In this document: in pieces, positions 25,701 through 37,479 of the stretch | Layout: the number at the start of each line of letters is the position of its first letter | Numbering within the stretch: the first letter of the stretch is position 1 | DNA from: Geosiphon pyriformis uo1 | Lineage: Eukaryota > Fungi > Glomeromycota | Assembly: GCA_016748015.1 (NCBI GenBank) | Contig: JAAOMT010000470.1 | Location: 62,001-126,000, forward strand | Reading direction: 5' to 3' | Length of the DNA: 64,000 nucleotides | The notes under the pieces: model-generated | Databases searched by the model: none | What the model was told of the DNA's origin: nothing | The model's input: only the letters and a program-made list of their open reading frames with translations | Made by a program: the position numbers and the translations under genes

Positions 25701-26659
25701 AAAAGGAAAGGCAAAAGAAGAAAAAACGGTTCTAACTAACACCACTAATAGACCATACACCTATACCACATCATCACAGTCTTACTATTGTCAACCAAAG
25801 CTAATATGCATTGATTGTGGCAAGAAATTGTTGTCAATAGGTGTGTGCTGTGGCGACAATAAGGAATACTCAACAGTGACCAAATTCTACTGCTGCATGT
25901 GCATTATAGAACACTTTGGATGACCAAAACAGTAAGAAAAATAGAACAACAAATCTTGTCTAGTGTGTGGAAAAACATTACTCAATGAAAGAATGTGAAA
26001 TGACATTCCTGGTTAAGGAGAAATATGTGACACTTTGTGCCAGTACATAATCTTCATCAGCAACTGGGTTAGAAAAGAGACACCAATAGAAGCTGTCTGG
26101 AGAAGGGCTGTACAGCGATTGGACAGTTGTTCACATAATAATGATGAGATATAAAGAATGACAATTACCAAAATAGAAGGAGTGTCACTTGAAAAAATCA
26201 AAGAAATCAAAAACAACCCACCAGAGCCTGTAAAACTTGTCTGGGATCCAGAACCAGTCATAAATCTCTTGAATCCAGAACAATTCTATGAATATTATCA
26301 AGAACTAGCACCTACAAGAGAAGAACAGGAGCAATACTTGGAAAAAATCAACACTTAATTATGTGACCACTGTTTAATTCCATGTGACTTCTAATACTGT
26401 AATGAGTATGACCTTATTTACAATCTACTATTATGCATGATTTACATGATCCCAGAAAAGAAAGAACCAATCAGCAGCTGTGCATTAGAATTGGAATTAA
26501 TTTTCAATCCTGATTTAAACTCTAACAACAATGATGACGAAAACAATGGTTGCAACTTCACTCAAAATAGCAACAATTTTAACTCAGATTCAAACTTAGA
26601 TTCAAACTCTGAACAATATATTATGCTCCATAACCTTACCAAGGAGCAAGAACTAAAAT

Positions 26660-27085
26660 AGTTTAGTAACAATAACAAAGGTATTATACTAGAACACGCA
26701 CATGATACTAATGCAAAATTTAATCTGAGATATCCAGAAAAAAATGCCATTAAATTGGAACCATATTTGCACACATGCATCAATCTCAAAGTAGTATTAG
26801 AAATCTCAGCAACAACAATAATACAACTAGCATCGAGGAATAGCTTAAAGAAAAAAGAAATCAACATCAGAGGAAGAATAATTGACACAGGATATGTAGG
26901 AAATATTATTGCAATGCTACAAAATGATTCAAAAAAGGCCTATATTATAGAGCCAAATAAAAAAATAGCACAGGCAATATTCCTGTCTCTGGTGAAAGTA
27001 ATTCAATTAGTATTAGTAAAAAACAGAGAAGAATTAGAAATTACAGCTAGAGAGATACAGGGTTTCAGATCAATGGGTAGAATAG
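26660..27085 (+). pseudogene. dut: Gypsy-B dUTPase domain
   Basis: NAKFNL (decayed motif 1), ASRNSL, RIIDTGYVGNI, KIAQAI, REIQGFRSMG; colinear with the Gypsy-A dUTPase. Confidence 0.88.
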
Positions 27086-27599
27086 ACATACCAGTTAATA
27101 TGGCAGAGGAAAAAATTGTTAACAAAAGAGAAATTATCTCAATTCATCAATCAATTTCCATTCCACCATATAACCAGTACATGTTAGCTATAAAGAGAGA
27201 AGTAAAAAATCAAGTTTAGTTGTTTAAAACAGAAACCACCATTTGTAAATTAGGAGAGAATGGACTCATTAATCTTTACATATCAGCCAAAAGCCCCAAA
27301 AACATTAAAATTTCCATCTATAACACAACAGAAAATGTCATTGAGATACCAAAAAAAACTATCATTAGATACTTAACCACTAAAGTTGAGGATCAACCAC
27401 CAAATTACATTCCAAATTTTTTACAGCTTTGTGGATATGTGGATATCACATCACAAATCATTTATAGACAAAGCAAATGTTATCTGTTTTAACCGGAACA
27501 ATTAGAACAGATGAATTTGGGAAACTTAGACCCATTTTAATGGATGCAACTCAAAACATTACTCAACAATTTCAATGACATTTTTGTCAGTGAAGATAA

Positions 27600-28112
27600 A
27601 TTTGACAGAACTAACATAATCTAGCACCAGATCAAGACTGAAGATGCAATGCCAATAAAACAAAGAGCATATAGAGTACCACCAGCCAGCCATGAGATTA
27701 TTCATCAAGAAATTAACCAAATGCTTGACAATAAGCTAATTCAGTCATCAATAAGCTCATGGTCATCACCAGTGATAGTAGTCTGGAAGAAGAATGAAAA
27801 GATCTATTTTTGTGTGAATTATCAAAAACTGAATGGAGTAACTAAAGGTGATAGCTATCTAACTTTAAAAATCCAAGAACTATTTGATGCTTTTGGAGGA
27901 AATAAATGGTTCTCAATATTAGATTTAGATAGTGGTTACTGACAAGTAGTCATAAATCCAGCTAACAAAAAAAAACAGCATTTACCACAAGAAAAAAAAA
28001 TTTTGAGTTTGAAGTCATGTCATTTGACTTGATGAATGCTCCAGCAACATTCCAACAGCTCATAGAAATTGTCTATACTGGACTACTGTGGAAATTTGTA
28101 GTTGTTTACTTG
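27600..28112 (+). pseudogene. Gypsy-B reverse transcriptase, truncated at the YxDD motif
   Basis: PIKQRAYRVPP, SSWSSPVIVV, FCVNYQKLN, LDLDSGY*QV, NAPATFQ, FVVVYL, after which similarity stops. Confidence 0.9.
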
Positions 28113-28460
28113 GGATAACACTTGAATATTCAGAACTTATACACAAATAAAACAAAATGATTATTTAACACAACAATACTGCAACAACTAGAATAATTTG
28201 TGGGAAAAAACAATTTGACTACATAAGCAAGAGTCATCTATCAGCTATATATAAGATTCTAAGACAGACCAGAAATTTTACTTAATCCGGAAATGAACTC
28301 TATTACAGTTAACCAAATAAGAAAGATAATTAACACTCAATTTGAAGAATTACAAAACAAAATTACTTAAGTTATTCTCAAAAAAGAAGTTCAAGAAATA
28401 CTTGAAGACAGAGAATTAGAGTTAGGAAATTTAGGAGATTTTGATGATGCTCAATATTAA
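28113..28460 (+). pseudogene. Gypsy-B accessory ORF3, C-terminal part
   Basis: ARVIYQLYIRF*DRPEILLNPEMNSITVNQIRKIINTQFEELQNKIT*VIL aligns with Gypsy-A ORF3 and lies directly before the PPT. Confidence 0.65.
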
Positions 28461-28474
28461 AAAGAAAGAAATAA

Positions 28475-29306
28475 TGTTACTCATAAAATATAGGAAGTAT
28501 ATTAACATACAAATTAGCCAATCAGAGGTAGCTGTAGTAAATGTGGAATTCCAGGATTCCAAGAATTTCAGAATTCTTGTATAAGAAATTGCAGGATTCC
28601 AGAATTGCAGGATTTCTCTTAAAAAAAATTGCAGAATTCCAAGAATTTCAGGATTTCTGGTGTGAAGAATTGAGAAATTGAGGAATCTTAATTATGTATA
28701 TATAACAGTAGTATTAGAAAGAGAAAAAACAGAATTTTTTAGTTAAAAACCTCTCTATTTAGATGTAAATCTAAACAACCTTCCACATTACAAATATTAA
28801 ATAAATAATTATTTAATATCTCAAATTCACTTTCCACTATCAACATTTTATGTTGATAATAATTGATACTTAATTACACTAAAACAATAACTCTTGATCA
28901 CGGCTATTGACAGAATACTAACTATTATTGCTTTGGCTTATTTTTTATTTTTTTTTCTTTCTTTATTTCTTTCTTTTGTTATTTCTTTTATTTATTAACT
29001 TGATTAAAGGATTCACATGCAGAGGTACTGATATCAGAATATAGTGACTGGTAAAAGACCCAGAAATAAAAATAGAACACTTAATTGAGGATAGTTTACC
29101 AGAAGGAATACTGGCCATGATTCTAAGAAAGAAATTGAAGAAACTGTGATTTTGGAAAGTGATGGATAACACAACTATTAAATCTCTGTCTATTATACAA
29201 AGAACTCTACACCAAAACCTTCAGATATCAACTCCAGAAATACTAATTAAGTACCAAGTTATGGATTTGTTATTTGACTTAAGACCCCAAATAATTACTT
29301 GTAATA
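28475..29306 (+). repeat. Gypsy-B 3' LTR (832 bp)
   Basis: Starts TGTTAC after the purine tract and ends GTAATA (decayed GTAACA); followed by TTGT (TSD copy). Confidence 0.93.
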
Positions 29307-29310
29307 TTGT

Positions 29311-30081
29311 GTATGCTGGGAAGTTGGTTCTGGTTCCAAGTTTTTGGCAGACAATTTGCTTTCTGAGGTTGATTGGTTCCATTCATCTTTGGTTTAGCAC
29401 TCTAACTTGCATATAGCTGCCAGTTTTACCAGCAGACTTTCAGCTAATGCACATATTTATTTCATAAAAGCTTTGCACCACCAGCTATTAGTTGTCATTT
29501 AAAAGTGCCTTTATAATAGACTCTATCCAAGTGTGTTGTGCTTATATTGTAGTAATATGGAGACATTAGATCATGTGTTCTCTTATAAGATTGATGATTC
29601 TGTTTAATGTCAGTTATTGGAATTCCATATGGATTTCTAAAAGGCGGTTTCTGGTTTTTCTCATTTTTTTTCAGGCATATTACAACTGTTGTCATCCTGT
29701 GTTTCTGACTTTTTTTTGTTCATGACTTTTTATAAGGGTTTTGTTTTTAATGATTGGTTTTGTGAGGTGGTTGCCATCTTTTATAATTCCAAGATTGTTG
29801 GTTTGGAGATTGTTAAATTTGTGCACTTTCTTAGTCTTGCTTTTAGAAGTAATGTCTGATTGGTTTGTGCTAAACATTATGCTTATATGGAGAAGAATGA
29901 GTTGATTTCTCTTGATGGCTTGGTTTTTGTCTTGGTTTCTGATTTGGCCTTGGGGTTGTCAACTTGAGTGATCAAATTGCTTGGCATTGCTGATGCTTTT
30001 GGTGTTAATTTTGGCTTTTGCAAATCTTGTTTGTTTTTTTCAGGCATAGGTGATTCAGTTTCAGTTCACATAGCTGCATAA
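29311..30081 (+). pseudogene. LINE ORF2 C-terminus with zinc-finger region
   Basis: Continues 16219 in frame (...YSVCH|VCWEVGSGSKF). 'CLYCSNMETLDHVFSY' is a decayed C-terminal zinc finger. Stop TAA at 30079-30081, followed by a short 3' UTR and A-tail. Confidence 0.8.
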
Positions 30082-30499
30082 TGTTGTTTTGATCAGCCTA
30101 AGTGGCTGGTTACGTGTGGAAAATGCATGATTTATGCCTAGTTTAGATCATTTTTTTGATGTATAACACTAGGTAGTGTTTGAATCTTACTCGTAAAACA
30201 AATAAAAAAAAATAAATATTGTGTTATTTATGTTTTTATTACTCTTTAATTTATCTGAATTTACATAATAAATTTTTTTTATAATCAAATTATCTAAATA
30301 ACCAATATTTAAAGTATTATTAATGCTGTTTATTTTGTTATTTACTTTATTTTTTTATAATTGTATAAATTTTAACTTATAATACTTAAAGTATTTATAA
30401 CCAAAAAGCCAACAGATAAGTTAATCAGAATAATAAAAATATTGTTTGTACTTTTATAGATAAATATAAATAAAAATTGATTTTTCTTAATATTTAAAT

Positions 30500-32850
30500 A
30501 TATTTTTATATTAATTTTCTCTTTGTTTAAAATACCAATTAAAAAAACTATTAATTTTATTATTTTAAAAAATTAATATTGGCAAAAATATATATGAAAA
30601 AAAAAAATACAAAAAAATTTTTTAATGTAATCTTTGGTTTTTATTATGGTTAAAGATTTATAAGAACAAAAAATATATTATAGTTTTTATATTATATTCA
30701 AATAAATTAAAACAAATATTTATTAGAAAAAATAATTTCTTAATATTTTATAAAACAATTTATTAATTATATATTAATAATAAAAAAGTATTAATTAAAT
30801 AATTAAAAAAATCAATTAATAATTAAATAAATTATAAATAAGCTAATTACAAAAATTAATTTTATAATTACAATTAAAGCAAAGAGTAAAAAAATTTTAA
30901 ATCTTACCTTTTTATAATAATTAAAAAGATTTCAACAAAAAAAACTTTTTTTTGTTATTAAAACAATTAAATAAAACATTTTTATAATATTTTTTTTAAA
31001 TATTAATAATAAAAAGCTATTTTTAACAGCTTTTAAAGCATTTTTTTATTTATAACTAAATTTTTTTTAATTAAAATTCTTTTTAAAAACACATTAAGAT
31101 TAGTTTTAATATTGGTTTTATTTTTTTTAAAAGTTTAAAAATTTTTAATATAGATTAATTAATAAGTTAATCTTTTTTGCTTTTATTATTATTATTTTTA
31201 TTACTTTACAAATAGCAAAAAAAACCAAAAACTCTAAAAAACAGTAATAGTTACTTGTATTTACTATTATAACACCAAATTTTTTTTATTATTTTACATT
31301 TAATTTAAGTTATTTATATTAAACTTTAATAAAAAATAATAATTGTTTTAATTAAACATAATAATAAACTTAAACTACTTTATATTAATAAAATTTTTAA
31401 ATAAAAAACAATATTTACTAAATTATACTTGATAATAAAGAAAATATAGTCGAATTTTTATTTAATTTATTAAAACTAACTTTATAAAAAACAAAAAAAT
31501 TCTGATTGTTTTTATAAATATAAAATATAAAGAAAGAAATTATTAATTTATTAGTTAATTATTTTAAAAAAACAAAAACAATTTAAAAGACTTTAATTTA
31601 TTATTATTAGTTTATTTTAAGAAAAAATATTATTAAATATATTAAAATTTATAATATTTGTTAAAAAAAAAAACTTATAAAAAAAACATCTATTCTATTT
31701 TTATTGATTAATTATTTAATAAAATTAATATTTATATTTTTAAATCTTAAATAATAAATTCTAATAATAATAAATATATTATAATAATTATTATCTATTT
31801 TATAAATTAAATAATAGTTTTTATTATTAATTTTATTTATAAATATATTTTATATTATTATAATTGTTTTTAATAAAAAATATATTTTTTAATATATTAA
31901 TTAAAAACTTTGTAAAGAATTAAAAAATTTTTTTATTACTTTTAAACAAATAACTTAACAAAATATTTTAATAAAGCATTATATAAAATTTTACCCAAAA
32001 CCAGATAAAAAAAAATTTATAAGACAAAATATTGTTTTTAATTTTGTTTGTTTATAAAATTATAAATTATAATATTTGTTTTATAAAAAATAACAATTTT
32101 ATTAATAAAAATAAATATTAAAACAGTATTTTTTAAAAAAAAATACAAAAATACTTTGAAAAAAAAATTTATTATTATTTTTAACTTATTAATAAAAACA
32201 TAAATAATTGCTTATAAAAAAATAAAAGTGTTTAAAATTTTTTTTTTAAGTATTGATAATTTAGTTTTAAAATACTATTTAAACAAAAATATTATTTATA
32301 ATTAACAAAGTTTTGAATAATAATTTTATATCTTATAAAATTAATATAAAATAATCTTTAATAATTAATTTTTTTATTATATATAACTTAAAAAATATTA
32401 TAAATAATCTAATTAGTTATTTATTATAATAATATTAATTATAAATAATATAATATTTTTAAAAGAAAAATATTTTTATTTAATATAAATAATTATTTTT
32501 TATATTTTTTACAAGTATTAAACTAAAAATTATTTAAATACTATTTTGATTATTAAAAAACAAATTACTATAATTAAAAATAATAAAATATATACTATTA
32601 TTAAACCAAAAAAACCATTATTAAAAAAAACTAATAATAAAATAGATAAATATATATTTAAATACATAATAATAATAATTATATTATTGTTTTTCAATTA
32701 AATTAAAAAAATAATTAAAACTTATTATATAAAAAACAAATAAAGTTTTAAATTAACTTAATAAAATTATAAAAGACATAAAAAAACAACTATAAAGATA
32801 CAAATAATCTGATTTAATTATAATAAACTTTTAATATTAAAATATTAATA
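30500..32850 (+). mobile_element. Second ancient Ty3/gypsy relic (RT C-terminus, RNase H, integrase, ORF3 remnants)
   Basis: Colinear similarity to 2700-5050, for example 31450-31520 vs 3520-3590, 31910-32070 vs 4040-4220, 32260-32340 vs 4460-4585 and 32530-32710 vs 4820-5010. Extremely AT-rich; ends uncertain. Confidence 0.65.
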
Positions 32851-32974
32851 TTTTTATTAGAATTAATTTATATTCAATATTATTATAATATTCTATAACA
32901 TAATTTTTCTATCTTTTAATATAATTGCAAAATGTTTTACTCTTTTATAGAGTATATTAAACAAATTAGAAATA

Positions 32975-34986
32975 CAGTCAGACTTCTATAAAAGAACAAA
33001 AACATAATTTTATCAAACATTTATTCAAAATTTATCTTCATATAAGAATAAATATTATGTGTTAAATATTAATTATTAATTGAAAAAAAAATTAAAATGT
33101 ATTGAATTGATTTTATTTTAACTTTCTTTTAAATTAATTACATTAGATCTATTTTTTTTGATCTTGTTTGTTTTTATATACAACTACTTAACCATTATTG
33201 TATTCAAATTTAAGCTTACTAAAACCAAATCTAATATTATTATTATAGGCACATTTTTTAACAGATTTGCTAAATTATTACAATATTAAAACTTTTATTC
33301 AAAAACAAAAATAAACAGCAGTTAATGATGCTCTTCATAAAAAAATTCATCAATATTTCAAAAATTACTATGGTATAAAACATAATAATATTATTGCTTA
33401 CTTTATTTATAAATATTCAAAATTTTATATTTTTTGTTTAATTGTCTTTAAAATAATTAAAAAATATACAAAGTAGTTGAATATTAAAATTAATAAAATT
33501 GATAAAAGATTTATTTGATACAAAAATATTAAATTTTATTATTAAACTAAGCTTTAAGTATTAGGTAGAACAAATAATTGCAGACACTATTGAATTCAAT
33601 GATTAACTAATTAAAGAAAAAAGAAAAAAATTGTTAAACTTTTTAGTATACATGAAAATAAAATGTAATTCTTAAATAGATGGGTTTAAAAATTCAAAAA
33701 ACAAAATCAATTACATGTTTACTAATTTTATGATAAAGCAGAAAGTGTATTAACTGAAAATTTACCAAAAAAATAAAAAAAATTAAAAACCATTATATCC
33801 GAATTTAATCCTATTTACATATATAATACTGATAAAACAGAATTATTTTTTCATATGAAACAGAATCAAACACTTGCAAAATGTCGAAATACAGAAAAAA
33901 AATTAGTATATTATATTTACTAATTGTTATTGTTATATATTATTGTTATATTAAATTAGCTGGGTTTTTTATAAAATAAATTTTAGATTACAATTTTTTT
34001 TGCTACAAATTCAACTGGATCTTACAAATTACAATCTTTAGTAATTTGACATGCAAAAAATTCAAGATGCTTTAAAGGAATTAATACTTTTAACTTACCT
34101 GTAATTTACATTCATTTTAATTAACCAATATTATTTTGCACTATTTTTTTCTAAATACAGCATTATATCTTCAATTAATGGATGCTGGCATTATCAAATC
34201 TTTTAAACGAATATAAATATTTATATTGTCAATATATTTTACATCAATTTAAACAAAAAATTAATATTAAACAGTTAAGTAATATAATATATAGTTTTAT
34301 CTAATATTAATTTATTTCTAAAAAATAAATTAAACATAAAACAAGCAATTGATTATGTTGTTCAATCATGATTTCAAGTAACACCTGTTACAATTCAAAA
34401 CTGTTGGCAAAAAATGAATATTCTTTTCTATAAAATTAGAAATTCAAAAATACAAAACATCAATTGCTATGAATATATTCAACAATTTACCAACAAATAC
34501 ACAACAATTGGTCAAAAATCTCGAGGATTATACTGTAGCAGTTGATTGGCAACTGAAAATATTCTTAATGATAATAAAATTGTAAATATGGTTTTAGTCA
34601 AAGCTCAAATTGTAACCAATACAAATAATAACTCAGAAGAAGACTTAGAAGAATCTCTATCTGCTATAATTATAATTACAAAAGCATATGAAGCATTAAA
34701 AAAGATAATTAGATTTAAAGAGAAATTAACAAAAGAAAATTTAGTATAAAAAACTAACATTTACTTAGAAAAAAATTATATGAATACGAAAAAATGAAAG
34801 AAAATTCTAAAAAACAGAGTAACAATTAATCAATATTTTAATAATAATAATATAAATAATAATTGATTGATTTAATAAATAAATATAGTTTATTTAGTAA
34901 TAATTATAAAACTTTATAATAAAACACCTCTATAATAGAACATAATTTGCATGTTCCAATTGTGTTCTTTTATAGAAGTCTGACTG
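32975..34986 (+). mobile_element. pogo/Tigger-type DNA transposon with decayed CENP-B-HTH/DDE transposase
   Basis: Perfect 24-bp TIRs CAGTCAGACTTCTATAAAAGAACA at 32975-32998 and 34963-34986, flanked by TA on both sides. Motifs 'IYNTDKTELFF', 'ITIFFATNSTGSYKL', 'KNSRCFKG', 'LQLMDAGIIKSFK', 'VTPVTIQNCWQK'. Confidence 0.93.
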
Positions 34987-35109
34987 TATAAGTAAAAGAC
35001 CAAATATTTTTAATCATATTAAGTTGAGCAATTTCTTGATACAATAACTTATATTGATAATTAATATAACTTTGACTATCAATAAAATAAAAAATTTTCA
35101 GACATTGGA

Positions 35110-35830
35110 CTATTACTAAAATTTCATTATTTTTTTTACCATTTGTTGCTGAATGTCAAGCTACTTTTGGTGCAAGATTTGAAGACATGATTTTTTTCCA
35201 TAGTGGTGAGAAAACATCGAATAATTGGATTATATTAAAGGTCCAAAGGTCATTATTATCTGTTGTATTGTTTATCAAAAAGTTTATCATCTTAGTTTTT
35301 CTATCATATAAATAAAAACTAAGAAGTGAAAGAGAAAAATAATTTAGAGAAAAGAATTGAATAAGAGTTCGACATTTTTGTGATTGAACTGAGTTAAACT
35401 TACGTTTTATTAATTAACGTAGCAAAATAGCAACTTTAGAAGTTTAAAATAAAGTTATGTTATATTAAAATGATTAATCTTGTGAAAATTGATTTTAAAC
35501 AAAGAAGATGAGCCATCATTGATATGATACATCAACACTCTTGGCTGCCAAACTTATAATTAATAAAATCATCCATATCTTTACAAAAATTATGGAAAAT
35601 TTTTTAAACATTATGAAGAATTTTTTTAATTATTATATAAGCTAAATGTAAATGGAAATAGTTTCAAATTCAAGCTAAAAGTGTGAATTAAACCCTTTTA
35701 TAAAAAAATTATAACTATGATTTAAATTTATATTAGTAATGATAATTAATATAGACTTGAAAAAATCTGACATGTTCATCTAGATTGTTTAAATATGTAG
35801 AGATTATCTGGAATTAAAATGTCCATGTGT
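35110..35830 (-). pseudogene. Truncated inverted duplicate of the 5' part (upstream region, exons 1-3, introns) of the Kelch gene at 47206
   Basis: Reverse complement matches ~46950-47705, e.g. ATTCGATGTTTTCTCACCA and TCTTCAAATCTTGCACCAAAAGTAGCT; contains stops and a deletion. Confidence 0.88.
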
Positions 35831-36049
35831 TTTTTTAATTTATTGAAAGTTCTGAAAATGCACAATCCTCAATTATATTATTTTAACAGGCAAAGATTGT
35901 CTAGAACTCAAACATGAGTCGCTGTAAAAATCTGAATGCATAATCCAGTTCTAAGGTTGCAGATGGTAATCATAACCCTCAGTTGCTTCCAAAAAATATT
36001 TTTTATGTCAAAACATGAAAGCTAAATATCTTTTATTAGTGATAATTTT

Positions 36050-36330
36050 AATAATATGTTTAAGGTAAACCTTATCTTGAATTTCATGAGTTGATAATAC
36101 TGATTTAATTAAACCATTATTTAGAAACTGTTTTATGAATTAATCTGCCAACTAATTAATCTCAAGCAAAAAAATAAAAAGCTTTCCGGTATATATCACA
36201 TTTTGGAAACCAGAAACAACTGATTTAGCCTTATTTTCTGCTCTATCAAAATGACACAAATATGACCTCTTGGGAGCTTTTCTATTTGCTCCTCAAATGA
36301 ATTGTGTATTCCAATGGTTATCTAAGAGTG
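36050..36330 (+). pseudogene. Fragment paralogous to the ectodomain of the membrane gene at 57316-60648
   Basis: 'VYITFWKPETTD' (~36190-36225) vs 'MYVTFWKPEITY' in ORF 59483-60043; frameshifted. Confidence 0.55.
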
Positions 36331-37119
36331 TTAAAAATAAAGAAAATCGAATTTTATTTATATATTTATTGTTTTGGGATATTTTTAATTTGTATTTTGC
36401 TTTTTAAGATTTTAAAAATTATTTGTATACGATAAATATGCTTATCGTTATCATTGTTTAGAACTATTTTATAATAAAAAAATCTTATCATTATATAGAT
36501 ATTAATATTAATTCCAGAATAATTATAGATTATATGGAATTTTTGAAGATTTAAGGGTCTTTTGTTTCAATTCGTAAAATTGCAGTTAATTTTCACCAGT
36601 TCTAAAATCAAAACAAACCACATTTTTGCACTAAATAACAAAACTATGGAAAACAAAAACCAAAATTCGAACTATTTGGCAATGTTCAGAACTACACTAT
36701 TTAGGCCTGCGAACATGCAACTCGAAATATATGCTGAAAATCTATCCGTAATTTTTAATCCACTTGGTTCTAGCATGGTTAATATTATTCAAATTTTAAT
36801 AGTTAATTTGATTTGAGGATTATGAGACTGGTAAAAAAGAATAAGCATCTTAAGTTTATTAAATTCATCAAAATATATTTTAAAATTTTAAATTAGATAA
36901 AATTTTTAAATTTATAAAAAAAAGCAAAGCTCTTTCGAATTTTCGAAACAATATTTCAAAATTTACATTTAAATTTAAAAATTATGATAAAGTAAGTTTA
37001 ATAAAATATTATTATAAAAATACTTGTAATTTATGTGATATTTTTAGTTAAAAACATTTATGTAATTGTTAATATAGATAGTATAGATAGAAAAATAAAT
37101 ATGTAAAGTTGTTAAGCTC

Positions 37120-37138
37120 AGATGTGTATAAGAGACAG
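37120..37138 (+). other. Tn5 mosaic-end / Nextera adapter sequence (probable library artefact)
   Basis: Exact AGATGTGTATAAGAGACAG, ~340 bp from the scaffold gap. Confidence 0.9.
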
Positions 37139-37479
37139 ATATTAAGAGCTATATTTTTATAGTAAAAAATCCAAGGTATTTATCTTTGCTGATAGTTGTT
37201 ATTTATAGTTTTAAATAGATTGAATATTTAATAACTTTTTTTCATTAAGGTAATAGTTTTACATTTGTTTTTTTTTACATTGGTTCTGAATTGATATCAT
37301 AGTTAATATCACATTAACTACTTTTCATGAGTTAAATTTGAATCAAGAAATTTATATTCTAAAATGCAAAAATGAGATTAAAGCAAAAAATATAATGCTA
37401 CTAATAGTTTGAAAAGTATTTTTAATATAATTTCTTTTAAATAATCCGAATTCCAATTAGGGTCAATAAAAAAACAATT

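Larger units (their letters stand above)
21962..29306 (+). mobile_element. Gypsy-B: dUTPase-bearing Ty3/gypsy element with a large internal deletion
   Basis: Rest of 5' LTR 21962-22720, PBS TGGTGCTCTCTGTGAAG at 22723. Gag 'IEKFTG'-type region ~23690, knuckle ~24420, protease 'LILDSRSADSII' ~25115, Cys-rich domain, dUTPase, RT N-terminal half, ORF3 C-terminal half, PPT ~28459-28471, 3' LTR 28475-29306. Confidence 0.92.
6125..30214 (+). mobile_element. Full-length non-LTR retrotransposon (LINE: ORF1 RRM/CCHC; ORF2 APE-RT-RNase H-zinc finger), interrupted by Gypsy-B and an inversion
   Basis: Identical 11-bp direct repeat AATATTGTGTT at 6114-6124 and 30215-30225 (TSD). A-rich tail ~30195-30214. 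LINE sequence occurs in three pieces, 6125-6623 (+), 21677-16219 (-) and 29311-30214 (+), which rejoin in frame. Confidence 0.85.

Noticed and set aside
8130-30081. Alternative genetic code or stop-codon readthrough in transposon ORFs
   Set aside because: Stops are of all three types, occur alongside frameshifts and match transition damage; host genes use the standard code.
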